Origin: Paraphysomonas bandaiensis
Lineage: Eukaryota; Protista; Chrysophyceae
Length of the DNA stretch: 64,000 bases
NCBI GenBank assembly: GCA_965644295.1
Contig: CBFFRP010000407.1
Span: 122,246 to 186,245 of the forward strand
Reading direction: 5' to 3'
Of the stretch, positions 54,864 through 64,000 are shown piece after piece (within the stretch, counting starts at the first letter, position 1; every line of letters starts with the position of its first letter). A program made the position numbers and the translations under genes. The notes below the pieces were generated by a model. That model was given only the letters and a program-made list of their open reading frames with translations. It did not search any database and was not told the DNA's origin.

Positions 54864-56540
54864 ATTGAAAGTCTTATTATTAGCAAGAGGCGTTAAAAAC
54901 CTGCACCAACTTAGTAGCTAGGTGAATGCTAGACAAACTAGTTAGACCTCTACCTAGTACACACATTTTTATCCTACTATTTAAGACTACGGAAGCTGCT
55001 TGTGAGTCGCCGCAAGCACCAAGGTGCAACCACTTCCGCTCTGAGTTCTTAAGGTGAACATCCCCGATGCTTAACTTCAGCAGGCAGCTCAATACCCCGG
55101 TTACCCTTCAGGTGGGCTCATTCCCGGATGTCTGTTTACTCGTCAGGGCCCAAAGACGTCTACACAAGTGACACTACTTATTGGTGTCCCTTGTACAACA
55201 CAAGCATTCGGCTATGAGTGGGCAGAAGAATATCTGCTATAACTATGTTTGCGGCTTACGTTAGTTTTCCAGAGAAATCTCTCCTGTACTTATTCTCCAG
55301 AACATCACGAATATTGAATGTCTTTTTATTTAGCAATAGGCGTTAAAAACCCGTTCCGATATAGCGGCTAGTTGAATACTAGTCTACTAGTTAGACCTCT
55401 ACCCATAACTAATCAGCGCAAATTCTATTATCCTACTATTTAACGCTACAGAAGCTGCTTGTGCGTCGCCGCAAGCACCAAGGTGCAACCACTTCCGTTC
55501 TTGATGTTGTGTGTGAGTTCGCCCTGCTCGTGTGTCTGAGGACTCACTGGCGCGTGTTGTCCGGGGGTCTCCCCTTGGGATACGGTTCCGCCTGACTCTG
55601 AGGTACCGGGTTCTGTATTAAGGTCCTGAGTGTACCGAGTACTAGATGTGTGGACTGAGAGGTTGATGGTGTGGTGGAATGTGGCGGTGTCGCCATGCAC
55701 CGTTTGGGCGTTGGGCATAGGTGGAGTTGCCGGAGACGTCGTCGCCTTTGTCTAGGGCCTGTTGGTTTCATACGGTCCGTTGCTATGGTCCTCTGTGTAT
55801 GGTTGGTAGGGTTCAGAGGTACGGTGGGCGGTGTTCCAGTCTCGGTTCGTCTGTGGATTCCTAGTAATCTTAGCACCCTTGGGCGTTTCCGTTTCTGTCT
55901 GTGGTTTGGACTCGGCCGCGGTAGTAGCCTTGGGGGGCCTTTCCGTAGGGTCACGTATCTTCTTCCGCGATCTCGGATCATGAGCTTTGCTGCAGCGAAC
56001 AGCGGTAGCAGTAAGTTGATGATCGCTGATTCGATGCTGCGCAGTCCTTGGGATGTCAGTGATTCATGGATGTGATCTCCAAAAACCATTTCAAGCTGTG
56101 TCATTGTGATGGTACCCGTCCAGAATCTCTCCACCTGTGGCACGGAAGGGTTCCAGGCCCTGCTGGAGAGTCGCTGGAGTACAGTGGTGGTCCATTGGGG
56201 TAATTCCGGATTCCTCATTTCTTCTAGGAGCGCGTTTTTGTGGCTGTGAAATGCAGACTCCCTTATCTGCGTTATGGTGTCGTTTGTGCAGTCTAGACAC
56301 ATATGCTTGAGTGAGTCTAGTCTAAATCCGCAGTCAGAGCATACGGCTTTAGCCATGTCGAGTCCGTGTTTGGTTTTCGCCCGGTTTCTTCCTATGCTGA
56401 AGGATTTGTCCCATGTCAGTGCTGCATTTAGTACTCTTTGGCGCAGGTGGGAGCTCACTTTGTCCTTTGATGGTCCACCATCTGCTTGCGCCAGTTTGCG
56501 CAACATCACGAAAAGGTGAGAGTCCGGCTTTGTTGAGGGA
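54864..56540 (-). mobile_element. SINE-like copy split by a LINE-A insertion
   Basis: Body at 54864-55311 and head at 56502-56540; joined, they are colinear with 2931-3400. Confidence 0.88.
55312..56501 (-). mobile_element. 5'-truncated LINE family A with 11-bp TSD
   Basis: ORF 55544-56509 is a paralogue of 8343-9190. Flanked by the direct repeat AACATCACGAA (55301-55311 and 56502-56512). Confidence 0.92.
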
Positions 56541-57204
56541 CCTAGATGCTAGATACTAGATACTTATGATAATATTACGGAAATAATTCACCCGCGTCGT
56601 GTTTTCCTTGCAATTTCGTTGGTACATAGCCATACACTAGTGCTATGGAGTCAACAATATATATTGACATTATTATTTGGTGCTGGCAGTATACAGTATA
56701 TTGTTATCCGGCTCTGCTTATGACTATGTATTCAACTGTTTCTCACGTTGTCCTTCATATCTAAGCCACAACACTATCGTAGACTATCATGCATACTTCA
56801 ACAGGGACTACACACAAGGGGAAACTAAAACTGAGTTTGAATTTTTAATACAACAATTACGTAATGGAAATAAAACGTCTTTAAAAATATTCTAGGAGTT
56901 ATCATGTTGTCTATATACTTGCTACATATAAATCAGTGTATGCTATACACAAATCGAATGCAGGGACTTCAAATGCATCCACATCATATAAATATGGTTG
57001 TATAGGCAAGTATTTCAATAATATTCACTCGTATCATGGGTGACAAAAATCTTTAGCTGGACTCTAGCAGTGGACATAAAGTGTAGCCGCAAGGTGTAGA
57101 GAGTGTCATTAACATACGTCTCTGTGAGGAACAAATTGAGCGTCTGTGAATTCAGAACTGCAGGAGAAGAAGTCAAGAAGTGATACCACATATACCACTA
57201 TGGC

Positions 57205-58682
57205 TTAGAGCTTGGTTGGTAAGGTGGAAGGTTGGCTGTGGTTAGTATCACCATTTGACGGATAATCCTTCCGGGAATGCACACCACCTGACGAGAAGCA
57301 TGAGTACACAGCTTACACCATGCTATTCCACAATAACATATACACACACTCCAGAGCAATCGCGAATCTAAATTAGGTTATTTACCATGAGATTCACGAA
57401 CTCTCGACCGAGATTTCGGAAGACTGGTAGCATCCTCAATTCGCTGCCACAGAGCAGAATTCAGAAAATAGCCTTCAACCTCGTTAGACACGCTCCAGGG
57501 TGAGTCCTGTTGTGCACGACAAGTTCCCCGGGAAGTATTAGGTACACATCCAATATTTTGTTCACTGCGTGTCATAGATGGCGGACCACTGGTATGATTT
57601 GACCATTCAATGGACTTCGCAGAACCCGGTACATAAGTGCCTCCCGGAAGATTGTGAGGTGCAGACGGTGAAACTGGAATCCACTGCCAATAGCCCCCCA
57701 CTGCGTCCTCACCGCTCTCATTCGAATTAGATTCCTGATGCTTCAAGGTTTTAGGCGTTGAGGATGTTCCAAGTCCATTTAAAGTGCTGTCTTTTGTAAG
57801 CGCAGCTGCAATCTCTTCTCGTATGGCATCGGACTTTACAGCAACAGGCAGAGAGCCCATATTGCGAAAGCCAGTTCGTTTTTTTCCACGAGCAGCCTTC
57901 GACGGTTTCGATGCTGTGTCACTGGAAGAAGCCGGACGTTTCGTACCACGATACTCACCACTCTCCGTACTGCTGACACCCAAGCCGGTTGTCTGGCCAT
58001 CCGAAGATTCGCACCCATAGATATCAGACCAGTAACCACGCTGTTTGGGCCTTCCATTTTCACGACAGCCGATTACACTTGTAGTGTTTAACATTGTGTG
58101 CGGTTGATCTCTAACCATAGGGGCGTCTGTGGAAGGTGGCTTGATATCACGGTCACGCGAAGACGTGGGTATTGTGGGTGGAACTCGACGTGTTAACGCC
58201 AGCATTGAAGCCTCTTGCGTGGAATCAACCAACCCACTCATACAAGCAGAAGGGTTTTGTTGTAACTCTTTATCATTTGTCGACTGACGCTTCGATCCGT
58301 CAAGGTATTCTTGAACGCCTAAAGCTGGCTGCTGTTGTACTTTGTTGTCAGCCTCTAATGAAACCGCTTCCTCTTTAACACTGACGTGACTCTTACTTCC
58401 CCTTCGACGAGAAGAGTTCTCATCATGTATGGCTTTATGATTAGAGCGATAATTAGGTGGAGGAGGAGTAGCAGATATGAATACTAAGGGATGAGGTAAG
58501 GCTCTTAATGACTCCGCCTCTTTAATAATACTCGAATGATAATCACTCGCATAGGAGCTCACTGTCTCTCCAATCACATCAGGTTTATTCTGTTTGATTG
58601 AAAGAAGAGATGAGACTATACTAGAGAATGTAGCATCAGCATCAACAGATGATTGTGTGGTGTTACGACTGATATCACTCAT
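57205..58682 (-). CDS. Hypothetical low-complexity (Ser-rich, likely disordered) protein
   Basis: 434-aa ORF. A likely intron from ~57384 to 57289 adds a short last exon ending ..LPTKL*. Confidence 0.65.
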
Positions 58683-59399
58683 GTTTCAGTGTTCATAACA
58701 AGGCACCCGTTAAAGGGCAATACTCTATAGATAAGATGAAAAGAATCAGTTCATTGATACTGATAATGAACTGGATGGGGATTGATTTACTCTTGCTAGG
58801 CTATAGGTCTGCAGGAGGTGTGACAGTATGATGTATACTTCCTCATATAATCATATGAGAAGGTGTCCGTCTATATTGTCATATGCGTCACACACACGCA
58901 TTTAAGTCGAAGTTATCAATGTACGGTGTTCAAAATACAGTGATTTCTACAAGAATTCTGGTATGAAAGTATCAGCTGTACTACAGCTCTCCCGGTGTGT
59001 TCAAATTCTGGTGGCATACTACCAAATCTTACCGTAAACATACACACTGATGCGTCATCAATAAAACTGAAAATAACGTATTTTTTAGAGATATGCGTTT
59101 GGACTGACATGTCCATACAGAGTTTGTACAGCAGTATAGAGTATGAGGGCACATCTGCATGCAATCTTATCATCTTGATAGGTCCATATCATGACATAGC
59201 TACTCAATAGATCTACTTGAAATGATGCAGTTAATTTGATGGATGATGTCATCTTTTAGAGAGTCTGTAATCTCAGTGTGGAAATATGCTTTCAATCTAA
59301 TATATCTTCACACTACTGCAGTCATATACCTGGATATACAGTTGAATACCCCAAAGCAGAAATATATCCACTATATAGCAAAATCTTGATAACTTCACT

Positions 59400-61360
59400 A
59401 TAAACACTGAATCACATCCTTTCTAGATTCAAACTTCCATTCGAACCAAATTTTAAATTCAAAACCAACAACAGTAGGTAAATCAAACTGATTCATTGAA
59501 CTTCATCCCTTTCAAAGTTCTAAGAAGAACTATGAAACCATCTTACCACTTTCAACAACACAACTTCAAAGAAAACTTTGATGTTCTCAAACTGTTCACT
59601 CACTCGCAGACATTAATTATTGAAATACCTCAGCATAACAATCGCAACTTTTCGTAAACAAGTTGATATGTTTAACCCTTCACTCTCACTGCAACTTGTT
59701 AACTTGCTAGCCTTTGGTAGTATAAATCAACTTCATTTCGTTTAGGCAATAGATTGAACAACGGCTGAATAATATCTTGAATAAGATATTGGTTAATTTG
59801 CCCAACTCAAGATTGAACTCACAACACACTTCAACACCATTATTTTCGAGAATAACACATCATTATCAAGTGTATAACAATATGATATAAATAAATAAAA
59901 CATGATGAATATTGCATTATAATAAATTGTCTTGAAATAAAACATGCTCGCTGGAATTGGAAATAGAATTATAGAAAGTACAAAGGCGGACCTGGCCCAT
60001 GTTCCTCAATTGGCACCAGCTTTTGCATCAAGAGTTGCAATTTCTTGTCCTTCACAAGCAACTGACAAACAGCACATGCTGCATACTGCTTCGACAAGAA
60101 AACCAAACAATCTCTCATAAGTTTTCCCGTAACAGAATGATACCTTAACAGCATCAAAGAATTCAACACTGCATTAGATACTGAAAAAGGTACGACTGAC
60201 ATGCGCTCGAATACATCGGTAGCATCATCGGCAGTAGTCTCTTTTCCAAAGAAAATTGGAACATCATTCTCAGCATCAATAACATCATCTTGAATAACTA
60301 CTTGGAAATCAACAACCGAATCAAACGTTTCAAGTGAATTATTAGACGGCACACCATACTGCACAACTGAATCAACTAAATCACTGACAACTTTCTGCAC
60401 CGCATAACACTCATTATCAGTAAACTCCGAATCCTCACTGGCAATATCAGTAGACAACTCCTTAATTTCACCATCCACCTCAACAACAACAATTGCATCA
60501 CTGATAACAACATCTCGCACTGACACAACAGACTCAAGCTTAGTAAAATTAGAATCCACAACGCCAACACTTAATGACTGCTGCACTGGTATTTCTGACA
60601 ACTGATCAACTTGTATAATTTCTGAACGAGCTCTCGATGACCTTCCAGATCTCCTTTGATTGATTTCCTCAAGACTTCGTAGAACATACTCATTGAACAC
60701 CTGCTGCTCATGAAAACGCTGTTCCATATACTCACGTTGCTCACGCATATACTGCATCAAGTCTTCCAGAGTTAGCTCTGTCTTCGCATCTCCTTCTGCA
60801 GGCTCCATGACTCTTAGAACAGTTCAAAGGGCTCAATAACACAATAAATGTTCTTATCAACTAGTAATATTACTGTAGTTGTTCTTAAGAACAACGTATG
60901 CTCAAGCAAAAACAACACTGATCTACAACGTTTTAAAAAGATTTTAAGTGCACGCCAGCGGGCTGCTACACTGTTGAACTCACCAGCGGGTGATGTTCCT
61001 CAACTCAGACGCAAACCGCGAAAGAATTTAAATAAATCGTTATTTAAAACGTGTAATAGAAAAGTGAGTAACATGCTATACAACTCTACAGTAACACACA
61101 CATACAACATCATGTTCAGCATTTCACTTCAGCACACAACACACCAGATCAGAAGTATTTTATCCGGTACGTATGTACAGCTTCAACACTCCGTGTATAC
61201 ACTGAAAGAGTAGAAACTGAATATGTAACTGAAAACTGAAAATACAAAAACACTCTGTACGTGTTAGAGAGTACAACAGAAGAGTAACATATAATACTAC
61301 TACCAACGCAGAAAATAACCAGTACTGCGTTACACTGCTTTAAACCTGCACAGGTTTACA
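59400..61360 (-). mobile_element. LTR-retrotransposon-like fragment (candidate LTR 60973-61360, gag-like ORF)
   Basis: On the minus strand it begins TGTAAA at the junction with viral DNA, with a candidate LTR end TCAACA at 60973. A 279-aa ORF with N-terminal coiled coil follows. No pol or partner LTR seen; the left boundary is a guess. Confidence 0.5.
59969..60808 (-). CDS. Gag-like/hypothetical ORF of the LTR-like element
   Basis: Intronless 279-aa ORF: coiled-coil N-terminus followed by an acidic, Val-rich tract. Confidence 0.45.
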   Translation of the reverse strand: MEPAEGDAKTELTLEDLMQYMREQREYMEQRFHEQQVFNEYVLRSLEEINQRRSGRSSRARSEIIQVDQLSEIPVQQSLSVGVVDSNFTKLESVVSVRDVVISDAIVVVEVDGEIKELSTDIASEDSEFTDNECYAVQKVVSDLVDSVVQYGVPSNNSLETFDSVVDFQVVIQDDVIDAENDVPIFFGKETTADDATDVFERMSVVPFSVSNAVLNSLMLLRYHSVTGKLMRDCLVFLSKQYAACAVCQLLVKDKKLQLLMQKLVPIEEHGPGPPLYFL

Positions 61361-61572
61361 CACCTAATAAAGCCTCTATTATTACCTCTGTCCCTGTTGA
61401 TGTTAATGCAGGATCCATTATTAATTATAAAAACATTAATAATATTAAGAGCTTAGTACATGATATACATAATATAAATACTTTACATGTCCAATTATTA
61501 GACCAAGACGCAGATGTATTGGAATTAAACGGTTTACATTGGTCTTTAAATTTATTATTAACTATTGAATAA
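61361..61572 (+). pseudogene. C-terminal fragment of PLV minor capsid (penton) protein
   Basis: Reads PNKASIITSVPVDVNAGSIINYKN...LHVQLLDQDADVLELNGLHWSLNLLLTIE*, matching the penton-type ending DQxxxxxxLNGxxWSxxL. No start codon; the 5' part is cut off. Confidence 0.78.
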
Positions 61573-61602
61573 AAAATATTTCTCTCAATATAGTATATAT
61601 AC
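61571..61602 (+). promoter_or_regulatory. Candidate viral promoter motif AAAAAATATTT-N7-TATAGTATAT
   Basis: Lies just before ATG 61603 and is repeated with identical spacing before ATG 62092. Confidence 0.65.
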
Positions 61603-62043
61603 ATGTCAAAACTAGGCAAAAAGCTAAATCGTAAATTTCGCAAACTAGGACGCAAGGCCGATCACAGAATACATAAACTAGGACAAAAAACACACGACGT
61701 ATTAGACAAGGTCCAACATGGAGTAAATAAAGGACTTGATAAATCAGCAAAGGCAATTGATGTAGCAGATAAAATATTAGGCGTTGGCGATAAAACTATA
61801 CACGCTATTAATAAAGCAGGATTAAATACAATGCCCGTTGTTGGATCAGCATCTAGACTATTGGAAGCAGGATTACACGAAGGACATAAAGGCGTACATA
61901 AGCTACATAAGCTACATAATAAAGCCGATAAACACAGTAAAAAGGCATTTAAAAAGGCTCATAACGCAGGTAATAAATTAGAAAAACACAACACAAGAAA
62001 AGCTTTAGCTAAGTTAACACAAGATGATAGCACATTTATATAA
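61603..62043 (+). CDS. Lys/His-rich basic viral protein (putative core protein)
   Basis: 146-aa intact ORF between penton and MCP, with KLG repeats and a central apolar/amphipathic segment. Confidence 0.75.
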   Translation: MSKLGKKLNRKFRKLGRKADHRIHKLGQKTHDVLDKVQHGVNKGLDKSAKAIDVADKILGVGDKTIHAINKAGLNTMPVVGSASRLLEAGLHEGHKGVHKLHKLHNKADKHSKKAFKKAHNAGNKLEKHNTRKALAKLTQDDSTFI

Positions 62044-62063
62044 ATTATATTTTATTATACTAT

Positions 62064-62091
62064 AAAAAATATTTATCTATTTATAGTATAT
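62064..62091 (+). promoter_or_regulatory. Second copy of the candidate viral promoter motif
   Basis: AAAAAATATTTATCTATTTATAGTATAT directly abuts the MCP ATG. Confidence 0.65.
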
Positions 62092-63450
62092 ATGTCAGGA
62101 TTACCAAAAAACGTATTATATACAAATAATATAAATTCAAGTTATGCGCGTAATTATCAGAATAATATAGCTCCACAAAATGGTTTGGGGCCATATGGTC
62201 CAGGAGAAACAATAATTATTAATATTCCTACCGGTCGTAATCTCGTAATGTCTGGTGCTGATTCACTTTTAAAATTAAGCTTGATTGCTAAAAATTCAGC
62301 GGGAGCTGCTGCCGAGTTTATCAGACTAGATAAGGCCGGTATTCATTCCCTAATTTCTAGAGTGCGAGTATTTCATGGCTCTACTTTACTTTCAGATATC
62401 CAAAATTATAATAATCTAGTTGGTCAGTTAATGGCTTTGCAACAGTCAAACGACGCATATACGAATAAGCATTCAATATTAACAGGTACAGAGGCGCAAA
62501 ATGTTTTGCATTCAACTTTAGTTTATTCAAGAAATATAACGGTTGGTGAAAGTTTAGGTAATTATGCAACAGTTGCAGCTGATAGTAGCACGACTAAAAG
62601 ATATTATACAATACCAATAATGAATTTTTTAAGCTACAGTGACAAATATATACCACTTTTTGCAATGACTGGCGCCCCTTTGCGTCTAGAAATAGTTCTG
62701 GTTAATAATGCCTTAGAGGGTCTAAATTGTGCTAGGGCATTGGATGCAACCAACCCTATAATAGTTAATGATGTTGAATATATTTGTAATTTTATGGAGC
62801 TATCAGATGATGCAATGGGTACAATTAATAAGGCTTCAAATGGTGGACCTATAAAATGGGTTGTGCAAGATTATAGAAATTTTTCACATACTGGAAATAT
62901 TGCTCCCAACGTTGAGCTTTCAATACCCGTACCTGCAAAATTCAACTCGTTGCGGTCTCTCTTTTTTAGTATGCGTAGCAAGCATGCTGGTGCAGTTACT
63001 TTTTTCCCTCTGTCTTCAAATCACTTCGGCTTGGATTCATATACTGTTAGATTAGGTAGTAAAACAGTACCAACTAAAGCACCTAGTACCACACCTGAAT
63101 TTTTCGGCGAATTGATCAGAGCTATTGGTAGCGTGAGTGATCTAAACCATGAACCAAGTATTAATATCCATAGTTATAACGTCCAGGATCCAGTTGCAAG
63201 CACCGAAACAGTAGCCGATGCAACGGGTCTTTCGTCATCTTCCAATTTTTACCTGGGTCTAGACCTAGAAAGTTATAGCAGCTCAGGCATGGAAACAGTA
63301 TACCAGGGTTATAATTCTAGCACTGATGATATCTTTTTTAACCCTCGTTTTAGCTCATCCGCTAGTACTGTGACCGCACGCATAGATACATACGCTTATT
63401 TTGATCAAGTCATTTTAATTGAAAACGGTTTTGCAACATTGCAATATTAA
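62092..63450 (+). CDS. Polinton-like virus major capsid protein (double jelly-roll)
   Basis: 452 aa and beta-rich, with PLV-MCP-like motifs: IAPQNG.GPY..GETIIINIPT, IHSLISRVRVFHGSTLLSDIQNYNNL, KYIPLFAM..APLRLEI, IPVPAKFNSLRSLF, FYLGLDLESY, RIDTYAYFDQVILIENG. Confidence 0.9.
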   Translation: MSGLPKNVLYTNNINSSYARNYQNNIAPQNGLGPYGPGETIIINIPTGRNLVMSGADSLLKLSLIAKNSAGAAAEFIRLDKAGIHSLISRVRVFHGSTLLSDIQNYNNLVGQLMALQQSNDAYTNKHSILTGTEAQNVLHSTLVYSRNITVGESLGNYATVAADSSTTKRYYTIPIMNFLSYSDKYIPLFAMTGAPLRLEIVLVNNALEGLNCARALDATNPIIVNDVEYICNFMELSDDAMGTINKASNGGPIKWVVQDYRNFSHTGNIAPNVELSIPVPAKFNSLRSLFFSMRSKHAGAVTFFPLSSNHFGLDSYTVRLGSKTVPTKAPSTTPEFFGELIRAIGSVSDLNHEPSINIHSYNVQDPVASTETVADATGLSSSSNFYLGLDLESYSSSGMETVYQGYNSSTDDIFFNPRFSSSASTVTARIDTYAYFDQVILIENGFATLQY

Positions 63451-63533
63451 ATTTATAAAAAACCTTTAGATTTTTAAAAAAATAAAAAATTAAAAAATTT
63501 ATTATTTAAAAAATAATATATATTTGTATATTA

Positions 63534-63662
63534 ATGAGTACAAAAGAGAGTTTTGAAGAGTTTGATTTAGAACACCTTGATAACCTGACTTATGAACAGT
63601 CCAAAGCTTACGTAACAAATTATTTTTTCCCACTTACAAACGGCGCACATGCACTCATATGA
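63534..63662 (+). pseudogene. Truncated N-terminus of a probable PLV SF3/D5-like helicase
   Basis: MSTKESFEEFDLEHLDNLTYEQSKAYVTNYFFPLTNGAHALI*. The K.Y.T.YF.PL.NG.HA pattern recalls PLV helicase N-termini (from memory). The stop codon coincides with the TG that starts the next element. Confidence 0.5.
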
Positions 63663-64000
63663 CACAGCCAGGTTTGATAACCAAGGCTGTGCAGCAGAAA
63701 CAAACACAATGAGTTAACCAGAGCTATATGTACGTCTGATTGCAGGAGAACAGGATGATTATTACTCTAAACAGTATGTCAAGCGTTGCAAGCTTGTACT
63801 AGTGACTCCCTCCAAGAATCACCGCGCAAACCCCACCTCCAGTGAAGTCAGAACACTAGTGTACAAACAGAACAACACTTAACAAAACACTGAGCTGTAA
63901 AGCAATGCAACATAGAACAAGCACAACACACCACACTCGCGATGACACCACACACCACACTCGCCAGTTTGTAAATTAGCCGTTGAATACTGCGTATTCA
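63660..64000. mobile_element. LTR-like insertion running off the window edge
   Basis: Starts with TG at the point where the viral ORF ends. Composition switches to CA-rich, like 60850-61360, with short ACACCACACTCGC repeats. Confidence 0.45.

Larger units (their letters stand above)
61361..63659 (+). mobile_element. Endogenous Polinton-like virus remnant
   Basis: Abrupt shift to AT-rich, intronless, tightly packed co-oriented ORFs including capsid genes. Confidence 0.88.

Noticed and set aside
55135-55155. Hammerhead core CTGACGA in the SINE body (minus strand)
   Set aside because: No stem II followed by GAAA and no consistent stem III/NUH across copies.
60829-60841. Copia-type half-tRNA primer site (GTTATTGAGCCC on the minus strand)
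   Set aside because: Imperfect match and ambiguous LTR boundary (60849 vs 60973); not enough to classify the element.

Overview
Eukaryotic nuclear DNA with short GT-AG introns, probably from a protist (a stramenopile is my inference, not proven). About ten host genes sit among many mobile elements. Recognisable host genes: guanine deaminase, mitochondrial-type ribosomal protein bL25, a TCAIM-like protein, a RING-B-box-coiled-coil protein with Tudor/MBT-like repeats, a MAP2K-like kinase, an SLC35A nucleotide-sugar transporter and a TPR-methyltransferase; several genes are hypothetical. Mobile DNA includes two families of RNase H-bearing LINEs, a non-tRNA SINE-like family sharing the LINE 3' end, hAT derivatives, a PIF/Harbinger remnant, LTR-like fragments, a 130-bp inverted repeat and a tandem array of exactly 10 x 376-377 bp. 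Two results stand out. (1) An AT-rich endogenous Polinton-like virus remnant at 61361-63659: penton C-terminus, basic protein, intact major capsid protein and a truncated helicase-like ORF, with a shared promoter-like motif, clipped at both ends by LTR-like DNA. (2) A structured 3'-terminal RNA with visible compensatory base changes, shared by both LINE families and the SINE-like element, whose fixed 5' head shows an imperfect HDV-ribozyme-like topology. All family assignments come from motif recognition by eye; no database search was run.
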